The notes under the pieces: model-generated
What the model was told of the DNA's origin: nothing
Database searches by the model: none
Seen by the model: the letters and a program-made list of their open reading frames with translations, nothing else
Translations under genes and position numbers: made by a program
NCBI GenBank assembly: GCA_951406725.2
Contig: OX597817.1
Span: 17,050,001 to 17,114,000 of the forward strand
Length of the DNA: 64,000 nucleotides
From: Octopus vulgaris
Lineage: Eukaryota
Direction of reading: 5' to 3'
Shown here: piece after piece, positions 51,487-62,773 of the stretch
Numbering within the stretch: position 1 is the first letter of the stretch
Layout: each line of letters opens with the position of its first letter

Positions 51487-52820
51487 ATCAGTTGAAATAT
51501 TTGCAAAATTCTAACACACCAGTTATCATTTGTTTCCTGAATCTGGTATTTTTGTCTACTGGGTCATTGTCTTTTTTTATCTAACAATTGTAGTGTTGGA
51601 GATGAGAAAAATCTAGCCAGCTCTGCACAGAAGTAAATGATCATATTTAGGGTGGCTCACTGAGCCAGCAGGTTCTAATCTGGTTCAAAAATACTCTAAT
51701 TCCTTTAAACGATCTGTTCTCAATTAAGGAATAGATTTCCATATTCAGTCCCCAGTGAAGAAACAGCTTAATTTCCATTAACGAAAAAATACCTTGTAGT
51801 TAACCCGAGTTATATTTGTTTAAGCAAAGTTGGACTTAAACATTTGTCCCTTATGAGATTGATAAAATCGAGAGGGGTTAGTTGATTAAATGAACCCCAA
51901 TAGTTTTATTGACCCCTGTAAGGATGAGAGGAAAAGCTAACTTCAGTGGGATTTCAACTAAAAATGTTAAGAGGCAGAACAAATACAAAGTATTTTTATA
52001 ATGCTCTCAATAATGAATCAAATCGGAAACCGAGTAACGGCGGAGGCAGCAGCGGAACAGCGCGCGACTGCTGAAGCCGGCTGTGACAGGTTTGATATAA
52101 GCAACTAAAACCATTGAAAGTGGTGCCCCAGCATGGTCATGACAAAAGAATAAAAGAATGATTATTAAAGAACATATAGTACATTCCAGATTCTGTGTCT
52201 ATCAGAAGGTAGCTCTACATCTGCCAAATTACAATTTAGATAATAGTTTTTGTCAAGAGATTGTAACAGAGATATTGGAAATTTGCATATTTAAGAATCT
52301 ATCTTAAATATTTAAAATCACAAATTAACAACTATGAACATCTTTACTTTCAGATGTTATTGGTTGGTTTAATGTTACGCCCAAACTGTCGCTTCACAGT
52401 GCTGCACATCTCCATATGTGCAACTTAGTTTTGCTGCTCATTGCAGTTACTTAAATTTTTCATTTCACTATTAGATCTTGTTACAGCCAAAATCACCATC
52501 ATCATCATCATCATCATCATACATCTGTTTTCCATTCTGGCATGGGTCCGATGTTTTGACAGGAGCTGGTCTGCTGAGAGCAACTTGGGCTCCTTGTCTG
52601 TTTTGGCAAGGTTTCTACAGCCAGATACCCTTCCTAATGCCAACCACTTTACAGAATGTACTGAGTGCCTTTACATAGCACTGACATAGATGCTTGTTAT
52701 GTGGCACTGGCACTCATGAGCCCATAAGTTCAGCTGAAGAGGGATGCAGGGGACATGCTTGTGTGCAAGGACAACCACTGAATAAATTTTGCTTTTTCTT
52801 TTCAATAATACACCACTTAA

Positions 52821-53242
52821 TCTCTATATTTATAAACAGCAAAATGTCTGTGTGTCCTTTACACAAATCCAGTTTTTCACATAAAAGGCTCACATTTTCT
52901 ATGGGCTTTCAAAACTGTCTGAGGGTGGTTGTGAAGATCTTTTCATTTCCCCAGTCACCCCAGAAAGCCATTAAAAAAATTGATAAATTGACCCCTTAAG
53001 CCCAACAGTTGAATACGCGTGTGCATTTGCAGACAGTCTCTATGACTCGACGCATTTTTGTGTTTTGCAAAGACTCGTTATCATGTGTTTTGGCTTTTAA
53101 ACATGCACGCTTTTTTGAGTTGAGAAATGCAGGGAATAATCAACGAGTTAGAGCAAGTGAATGACAAGAGAGCAGGATTTTCATGAAAGACCAAATATGC
53201 TTGACTAGCACTAAACCCGGCAACGCCGGGTCATAGTGCTAG
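52821..53242 (+). mobile_element. Non-autonomous Helitron
   Basis: A|TCTCTATATTTATAAAC start; CCCGGCAACGCCGGG hairpin then GTGCTAG|T end; termini resemble 15821-16202. Confidence 0.8.
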
Positions 53243-54516
53243 TTATTATTTAAAACGGTTTGATTTGGTTTCTATGCTGCTTCAGACAGTTTTGAAAGCC
53301 CATAGAAAATGCGAGCCTTTTACGTGAAAAACTGTGGATTTGTATAAAGGAGACACAGACATTTTGATGTTTATAGATATAGAGATTAAGTGGTGTATTA
53401 TTGAAAAGAGAAAGCAAAATTTATTCAGTGGTTGTCCTTGCACACAAGCATGTCCCCTGCATCCCTCTTCAGCTGAATGAGACTGGCTGTGAAACTTGAA
53501 GCTTCTGGAATATATATATATAGAATGTGTGTGTGTGTGTGTGTGTATGTGTGTTAAATTTTTATCTGAAATAATTATGAGGTTATAATCTAAGGGTCAG
53601 AAGAACAACAAAACTTTTTACAACCTAGCTAGATTGCTTTCGGCCTCAATGCTTTACAATCCTTCCTTTATTGAACACTTGTTTTCTCTAAGGGTTATTA
53701 ATATCAAAATAATATTTCAGAACAAGGCTAACTTTAACCTTATTATTACAAATTTAATTCTAAATAAGAATTTAATGTCAAAATTTTATTTAAAGTTTTG
53801 TGAAGCAATTTTTGGCTGGAGATATTTATTTCTCCATCAAATTTAAAACAAAACTTTAACATGTCAGTTCCTCCTATGAGGACTACAGTTTGAATGATTC
53901 ATTCACTAATAATTGATGACACCAGTCTACAATGTAGATCTCATAGTTAATGTTATTTGTAACACACAAACTTGTCAGTGTTAATCTTGTGCTTTGTTAG
54001 TAAAACTATCAAGATTAATTATTTGTTCTTAATTTGTTAACATCAGAAGAGGTGTTTCTATCTTTTCTGTATCTTTTTTTTAAATATCTCCTGCCAAGAA
54101 TCTTTTCACAAAATTTTTTTCTTTTTTTTTTTTTGAGTCCATTTAGAAAAGGCTGTTAGTGATAAATGAATGAAATTAGTATTGGTGTTGTTGTTGTTGT
54201 CACCAGTCAACCCCGACTAAGCCAATCTAAGGAGACAATCCAGTTGTGATCACCCTGTCCTTTTCCTACATAAAATGCACTCAAAATCATGTCATCCTGT
54301 GTTTCCTTCTTTCTTAAGATAGCAGAATGTAATTTAAGAGAGATTTGGTTGCTACTTTTAGCAGGATAAATAATCCTGTAGCTGCCATTGGCTCTCTTCA
54401 GCTCATTAAGTTAACGTTTCATTTGATTTATGTCAGTCTCATGGTTCCAGAGAAGATGTAAATATGTGGATGTTGTGAGTGGAACATATTTAGGAAAGAT
54501 ATTTTTTTATACATAT

Positions 54517-54754
54517 CCGGTGGCACGTAAAAAGCACCATCCGAGCGTGGCCGTTTGCCAGCTTCGTCTGGCACGTAAAAAGCACCCACTACGCTCATAG
54601 AGTGGTTGGCGTTAGGAAGGGCATCCAGCCGTAGAAACATTGCCAGATCAGACTGGGCCAGGTGCAGCCTTCTGGCTTCCCAAACCCCAGTTGAACCGTC
54701 CAACCCATGCCAGCATGGAAAGCAGATGCTAAACGATGATGATGATGATGATGA
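54517..54754 (+). mobile_element. RTE-LINE 3' tail (family B)
   Basis: Repeat units and (GAT)n. Confidence 0.85.
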
Positions 54755-55071
54755 TCCAGGATATAAATTACATAAAATAGTTAGTGGTAGGGACATCAGG
54801 TGGGTTTAGGTAGTATTTTAAAGTCAACTAGTTCAGCTGCAGAAAGGATAAACAAAGGATATAGCCCTAATAGTGCATCAGTGTTTGGAAGTGGCCAGTA
54901 AGAGAAAGCTTGCTTCTAAAGGAGATGATTTTTTTCCTTGGATACTATTTATAATAGAGGAGGAAACACCTCTCCTACTCACAGAATTTTACCCTCATTC
55001 AAATTTGAAACCATCTTCCGTTGAAATCCATAAAAACACATTAAGTTTTTCAAATTCAGAGCTTAGTAACT

Positions 55072-55380
55072 TCATCATCATCGTTTAACGTCCGTTCTCC
55101 ATGCTAGCATGGGTTGGACGGTTTGACCGGGGATCTGGCAAGCCAGAAGGCTGCACCAGGCTCCAGTCTTATCTGGCAGTGTTTCTACAGCTGGATGCCC
55201 TTCCTAACGCCAACCACTCTGTGAGTGTAGTGGGTGCTTTTTACGTGCCACCCACACAGGTGCCAGGCGAGGCTGGCAATGGCCACAGTCAGATTGGTGC
55301 ATTTTACATGCCACCGGCACGGAAGCCAGCCGAGGCGGCACTGGCTTCGGCCACGATTCGGATGGTGCTTTTTACGTGCC
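55072..55380 (-). mobile_element. RTE-LINE 3' tail (family B)
   Basis: Reverse-complement copy. Confidence 0.85.
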
Positions 55381-55807
55381 AAACTTATACAAAAAAATTT
55401 TTTAACTTGCAAATTTTATCAATGACCTTCATGGGTTCATTTGCACTTGGAATTTCTTTTCATACTGAGGAGATTCTCCCATTCCCGATCTAGAGAGAGA
55501 GAAAGAGAGTGAGTGTGTGTGTGTGTGTGTGTGCAGTAGAAGACATGCACTAACCAGTATTCAAGAGTGGAGTTCATATACACTTGCAAAAGATTGAAGA
55601 ATTTTCTGTTTCTGCACATGGAACCCAGCCATTGTTATTCATTATTTTTAAATCATAGTTTATTTTTTATTAAGTGTTTCACAGGTGGGGAGAAACTATT
55701 TAATATCATAATCTCCATGTTCTTAGTTACAGTTGTGTAGTAGTAAATTTAATGAAAAATTCCACACAAAATTTAATTCTCTCCTTTTTCTTTTATTTTA
55801 TTTTCAG

Positions 55808-56382
55808 TGGCGACCGATGCAGGAGCAGGTTTTGATTCCAGGGGTCTTGGACTTCGAGTCCAGAAAAAGCTATTGGGGAAGATGTCAAATAAGAAAATTG
55901 CCAAAATATTTGTTGATGAAACACTGGCTGAAGTGCTTGACAACATGTGTCGAATCCTGAAAGACTATTCTTCAAATAAGAAAGAAGTAGAAAAAATCCT
56001 TAAGTACATTATCAAGACAATAGTAAAGATTGGGATTCTATTCCGAAACGATCAATTTAACCAAGCAGAACTGACCAAAATTGAAGTCTTCAAGCAAAAG
56101 TTTAATACCCTTGCAATGACTATCATCAGCTTTTGTGAAGTGGATTTCACCTATGACAGAATTTTCTTGCAAAAAAACTTAGAGGAATGTCGTAGCCTTA
56201 TCCAGGAGATTGTTCACAGACATCTGACAGACAAATCTAAGACTCGAATTGACACAGTGTTCAGATATTTCTCAGATACAGATCTTTTGGATGAACTATT
56301 CAGCAGTTCTAGCAAATACAAAGATCAATTAAACATCATAGTAGCAGATATGCACAAAATGATCGATGAGGGAAATTTATAG
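55808..56382 (+). CDS. TNFAIP8: TNFAIP8/TIPE-family protein (Drosophila sigmar-like), main and last coding exon
   Basis: ATD..FDSRGLGLRVQKKLLGKM..AKIFVDETLAEVLD..IIKTIVKIGILFRNDQFN..AMTIISFCEVDFTYDR..RHLTDKSKTRIDTVF..MIDEGNL matches the family; TTTTCAG acceptor at 55806-55807, phase 1. Confidence 0.95.
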
Positions 56383-56739
56383 CTGTTAAACTACAGTCTT
56401 CTTTTTTATATATATATATATATTGTTTATTTTTACATTTTGCCCCTTATTTTTTTTTTTTCTTTTGTTCAAATAAATTGTATTTTTACTTCTAACTCTC
56501 ATTTCTTCTGTCGACTTTGTCAAACATTGACAAACATGCCACACGTGCTGTTAATTACAGGATTTGCGTGGCATCGTTCTATTATGTCTTTCAGAGCTAA
56601 TAACTCCCAGGGTCGCAGCTTCTCACAAAAATATTGTGACTGTTGGCGAATACAACCCTCATCCGAAAAAAAGCAAGCAGCGCTACTAAAAAGATTCATT
56701 TGGTGATTCTCAGCCGTAGTAGTCTCATTGCTTGAAGAA

Positions 56740-56930
56740 GCCTGGAGGACATGGTGTCAGTCAATTAAAATCAACCATAATACTTAACTAGTGCTTTATT
56801 TTATCAAGGCTTGGAGGATGAAAGGCAAAATTGACCTCAATGGAATTTGAACTTGGAACATAAAGGTCTATAACTAAATACCACAAGGCATTTTGTCTGA
56901 TGCTCTAACAGTTCTGCCAATCTGCCCCTT
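56740..56930 (-). mobile_element. Old SINE family C fragment in the presumptive 3' UTR
   Basis: GAGGATGAAAGGCAAAATTGACCTC..GGAATTTGAACT. Confidence 0.6.
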
Positions 56931-59578
56931 CATTTGAAAAACCCACATCTTCTTTTGCAAATAATTAAACCAACAGTTTTACTATTTTTATATGTATATA
57001 TGAAATGTGTAAGTATAACTTCTTACTGATGTAGATACAACTACTTTTACATAAAATGTCTTTTTTTTAAGTCTTCTTTAAATTTTTTTTTCTTTTTACC
57101 AACTTTAATTCTAGGCATTTATAACACCATGTATGTTTCATGTTTTCGTGTTACTTATATTTTCTTAGTAAATTGAAAAATTATTGAAAAACTGTACACA
57201 TTGTGAAGTAATTGTTAACCATGTACTATACATTACATACATACTATTTTCTATATTTTACAGTATCTACTTATTATACAGCAAATGTTCATCTAGCATT
57301 GAAATTACTTTTTACTTGTCTGTAGTTTATTATATTTATCCTGACCTCTATGTTTTAGTGATTCATAACAATTACACCATCAAGAATTCATCCATTCATG
57401 TTTTTCAAAGAAACCTGTACAGGTTGTTTTGGGGTTTTTTTTTTTTTTGTTTTTTTTTTGTGGTGATGGTGGGAGACAAAGGTGAGAGTTGAAAAATAAA
57501 AAAAGATAAAGCATTAGGGTAGGTGTTGAGGGGTGGTGAAACGTTTGACCTCTGTAGCAATGCGTAATAGGTCAAAGTCGGAGAGGAATGCATTCTTGAG
57601 CAATTTATTCTTTGTACATTATGGTAAAACAAAGAAATCTGGATTCAAAAATCTTTGAACATGTTAACATATGGTTTACCATCAAGGTAGTGATGGAGAA
57701 GATACTTTGAATTGATATGACGTTCTTTATGTAGAAATTTTGCTTCAAATTTGTACATCATTTTTGGATATCTATTGAAGATAGTATACATCAACTGTAG
57801 AATTGAAGATATGAGACCAGTATATATTAACTGTAGATTAATATTCAATTCAATAATTAGTTGGAAGATACTCATATTTGATTCAATGCATTCCCTAATG
57901 TTTTAGGGGTGATTTGAGCAATAGGTAGTGAGGTTTATTGGTTTGCATGTGTATCTGTTTTTCTGTGCTGGAAAGGATTGGATAGTTCTGTAATATAGCA
58001 TTCTTCTATGCAAATTAATCCTGTTTAAACACACTATTCAGGAAATTGCTGAGTTTTATGATTAGATGCCTTTCTTAGTGTCAGTTCTTATGACAGACTG
58101 GGCTTGGTGTTTTTTTTATCATGGTACCAGCACTAGATAAACTGGCTTCCCAATCACTTTCTTCACCACACATTGAGTTGAATAACCAAGAAAAAAAATA
58201 TATATATATACAAGGAAGCACTTACATGGTTGCTGGAACTGCTAGAACTAACAGCTACACCTCCCTTCATATAACTCCCATCTCAAATAAGGAAAAGATA
58301 TATAATGTCATAGTGTTGTTTTTTTTTATATGCCCCTAAACGACAACATAGTCTCAGCTGGAATGCTTTTATTAACAGCTCTGTGCAATCTAGGATGACT
58401 TTGGGTTAAACAGCAACAGCATGAATATATGCTGTAGGCTAGGGAATTGGGAGTCCTAGAGTATCTGTTTTTTTTTTTGATATTTCAGTTTAAAGGTTGA
58501 TATAGGTAATTTACCATTCTGTAAAATAGTAAAAAGTGGGAAATGAAGTTGAACTAATATCTATTTAAAATTTTATTCCTTGTTCTTCAGTTTAAAACTT
58601 AACATGCTTTTATGCCTATGCATACATTCCTCTAGAAACTTTTGAACAAGAGATACTGGGCTAAAAAAAAACAAGGTAGATTTTTTTTTAATGTTGTATG
58701 ATTTTAATTTCCCAAGATACAAAACATTTGCCATTTCATTCAAGAACTGTTTTCAAACCTAAATGTCAGCTATTTCAAGTTTGTACCTACATTTGTCAAA
58801 ATATTGCAATAGTAACAAAATGTTTATATGTGAAAATATGATTTTTCTTTTTTTTTTTATATAAACAGTCAAATGTTTTCATAAGAAGGTATTTCAGACA
58901 GATATGAGGGGAGATTGACAAATAATAAATAACCTAATTGTTGGTTTTTGCCATATTTGGAACAAAAACAAGACAATTTTTAATTGATAAAGAAAATGTA
59001 CTAGAATATTTTCTCATCAGATTTTATATCTTTGGAATTCTATTACAATTTCTTTTCTTTTTCTCTTTTTTTTTTTTGTGATATTCAGCTAAAATTGGGA
59101 GTGATAAAACAGTAGTGCGTGATCACTCATGGTCTAGACAACAACCCTGCTTGAATTTGAAGTGTTTTTTAAAGCTTTACTGAAGTCAATTTAAAATGGG
59201 TTGTTGGAACCTTATTTGAACAGAAATATCTTGTAATGCTAATGTTCACAAATGCATGCAATAAAAAAGAAAATGTTTTATAGTAACAATCCACATTTTC
59301 ATCACAAAGTCCCCACCTTGTTTATTCACCTCCATAGCAAACAATTTTAACTCATCACAAATTAAAGCTTTTTGAGCTTTTAACCATTTCTTCTTCCATT
59401 TCTTCTTTCACTCCTTCAGCCAGTCATTAATATTTTAGAATGGATTTTTTAACTTCCAACAATGTATCATTGAGACAGTAGAATGGAGTTTTGGGGTGAC
59501 CAGATTGTAAATGTAAGATGAGACTTTGAAACTCTGTATCTTGTATTATCAGGAAATATAACAAACATATATATATAT

Positions 59579-60104
59579 ATAGGAAAAAAGCAACAAGAAT
59601 GGATCAATATTTCGGTACAATTGTTTCGTACGAAGACATCTTTAATAAGGCTATAAAAATTGCAATAAATATAGGTGACTCGTACTCATCAGCCGAAAAA
59701 TCATCTGAGATTCCCAAACATCAAAGGGAGTGATGTTACACTCGTGAAACATCATGGAAAGTTCTATAAAAATGAAATTTAGATAACAAATTGGTTTCTA
59801 AAAGTTCTATTAGTATTACACAGTCATATATCAGGTTTTTAAAAATATTTTTCAAAACCTTTTAGTTTTCCAGAAAGTGAAGATGAAAGTGAGGGTGTGA
59901 GTTTATCCATATTGAAGAAAGTTTGATTCCTAGAGATCTGATGAAACAATTGTACCGATATATTGATCCATTCTTGTTGCTTTTTTCCTATTTATAATCA
60001 CCCCACTTTGTCGTATGGTTAACACCATATAGATTTCTGGTGCATCCAAGTTAAGTACCATATTCATGTGAATTCAACAGAACTCACTTGAATCTTAATT
60101 GCTT
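59579..60104. mobile_element. Penelope-like remnant with partially inverted pseudo-LTRs between (TA)n tracts
   Basis: ~50-bp inverted repeat at 59579-59629 / 59941-59991 that includes the hammerhead 3' half. Confidence 0.7.
59610..59698 (-). ncRNA. Type I hammerhead ribozyme motif, canonical core
   Basis: Minus strand TTTCGG-CTGATGA-GTACGA-(46 nt)-TCGTAC-GAAAC-AATT-GTA^CCGAAA; perfect 6-bp stems I and II. Confidence 0.85.
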
Positions 60105-61211
60105 ATATATATATATATATATATATATTGTGTTCTAAATGGTCAGAATGACTCAATTGTCTATGAATTGTTTTTCAGCAAACAATGGTTTTTCAAATGT
60201 TTTAGATTTACATAATTCTCAGTAACAAACATTGTTTTATATTTCTTCTCAATAATTGTCCTGTTTGTTTTGACAATTCTGATTAGTTGTCGTTCTGTAT
60301 GAAGTATTGAAAAAAATATATATATAGGATCTGTCACCTTCAAAATTAAATTTGGCTTTCAAATAATTATACATTTGTGAAATGGTTCTTAAAATATAAA
60401 TGAATTTAACTACGCTATTTCTAAAGAATACATTGATATATCCCACAGCTTGTTATTTTTTACAAGCTGGGTTTTCTTTTTAATCTTACAACTGGCCACC
60501 ACCTCTAAAGACCTTCCTTCCATGTGTTAATCTTTGTCATATTTAAAGCAAAAACTAAAAGATGTCTTATCTACTTCATTTACATTCCTATAAGGTCTAT
60601 TAACTAACTCATAACTTCTTTTACAATGCAATCTGAAAAATTTATGTGCAAAGAGATGTATTCTTTGTCTCCATTTTATCTGTTTTATCAAGTATTTGAA
60701 ATTCTTTTCTTTATGTCCACCTTACACACACACACACACACACTCTCTCTCTCTCTCTCTCTCAACTTTGCCTAATTACCAACAAAAGACAGAACCTACT
60801 CTGGCTTCATGGATGAGTGAGAACAATGTGACTAAGATCAACAACTTCCAAAAAAATAAATCTTGTCCATGGCAAAGAGGACAAAATGGATATGAAGAAG
60901 TAAAAAAAAAGAAGAAAAAAAAAATGGTGAAAAAAAATTGCATTTCATATTGGAAATGCAGTAAAATGTTGTCCACCATAGGAATTCTATAAAACTTCTA
61001 CTAGGCAGCATTAATGAAGCATTGATATTGTTTTACTGTTCACTTTTCCATGCTCGACTGGCACAGACAGAATTTGAGGTAGATTATCTGTGGCTGGATG
61101 CTCTTCCTGTTGCCAACCCTTACTTCTTTTCAAGCAAAGTAATATTTTACCCCAAAGCCGTACATGTATTCAGGGAAGCTAGAAGCAAGCAACACAGTAT
61201 GTGTATGTATG

Positions 61212-61249
<38 letters not shown>

Positions 61250-61254
<5 letters not shown>

Positions 61255-61660
61255 CAATGGAAATCGATCAATGGAAATCGATCAATGGAAATTGCAGATG
61301 TGTTACCAGTGCCGGTGGCATGTAAGAGAACCTTCCGTTTCGCGACCGTTGCCAGCACCGCCCCGTTTCGTGTTCGTTGCCAGCCTCGCCTGGCCCTCGT
61401 GCCGGTGGCACATAAAAAACACCATCCGTTCGTGGCCGTTTGCCAGCTCTGGCTGGCACCAGTGCGGGTGGCACGTAAAAAGCACCCACTACACTCACGG
61501 AGTGGTTGGCGTTAGGAAGGGCATCCAGCCGTAGAAACATTGCCAGATTTGACTGGGCCTGATGAAGCCTTCTGGCTTCACAGACCCCAGCAGAACCGTC
61601 CAACCCATGCTAGCATGGAAAACGGACGCTAAATGATGATGATGATGATGATGATGATGA
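61250..61660 (+). mobile_element. RTE-LINE 3' tail (family B), inside the (TA)n of an older minus-strand SINE A
   Basis: Three units, ATCGATCAATGGAA x3 at the 5' junction, (GAT)n. Confidence 0.85.
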
Positions 61661-62354
61661 TATATACACATACACACACAAACGCATATGACAGACTTTT
61701 AGTTTCTGCCTACCAAATCTACTTGCAAACTTTGGCCAGCATGGAGCTATAGTTGAAGACACTTGCCCAGGGTGCCACAGGGTTGAGCACTCACCCTCTT
61801 AATCACACAGACATATATTATTTTTACAGTTGTCTTTCCTTCTTTACAAATTTACTCCAATCTTGTGCATTAATTGTACTTCCTATGCACTAATTCTATC
61901 CCCCTTCATTCCTACAAAATTAGTTTACTCCTCTCCCCCAATAACCTTGGCGAAATGGTAGAGCTAATTAGCTTCTAGATTGACTAAGAAATGGAAGCCG
62001 GTCTTTTATATCTTATCTTAATCATATGAAACCATTTAAAGGTGATTGAAATGAAGGAAAGAGAGCTGAGAATATAGCTTGAATATTAAAATCTACACTA
62101 AGCTTACAGCTAATCTTCTAATCTCAAAATGTTTTTTTTTTTAAACTTATAAAGTGGGCTAATAGATTTCACACATAGCTTTTTGAGTATCCATGCAATA
62201 CACACATGTACATGTGTGTGTATAAAATGTAATCATGGTGAGAGACTCGCTTAACTTAGTTACTACTTCAACATATATTTAGTAAAAGCCATCTTAACTA
62301 GATTTTGTTCACAAGAAATACAGAATAAGAATTGATATTGAGTTTCTCAGCTGA

Positions 62355-62388
<34 letters not shown>

Positions 62389-62514
62389 TTAAGTAGGTGA
62401 ATGAATTATTCTATGTTTATCGTCAGCATGGAAAATTCGTTTAACCGAAACTTGTCTTCGAAACATATGTCGAGAGTAAAGGAATTTTGTTAACATCTTC
62501 GTTCGACTCCATTC

Positions 62515-62585
<71 letters not shown>

Positions 62586-62588
<3 letters not shown>

Positions 62589-62736
62589 TCATCATCATCG
62601 TTTAACATCCGTTCTCCATGCTAGCATGGGTTGGACAGTTCGACTGAGGATCTGGGAAGCCAGAAGGCTGCACCAGACTCCAGTCTGATCTGGCAGTGTT
62701 TCTACAGCTGGATGCCCTTCCTAACGCCAACCACTC

Positions 62737-62740
<4 letters not shown>
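62586..62740 (-). mobile_element. RTE-LINE 3' tail (family B), inserted in (TA)n
   Basis: (TA)n on both sides. Confidence 0.85.

Positions 62741-62773
<33 letters not shown>

Noticed and set aside
52013-52089. Alternative coding first exon MNQIGNRVTAEAAAEQRATAEAGCD for TNFAIP8
   Set aside because: Available GT donors are phase 0 or 2, but the coding exon needs phase 1
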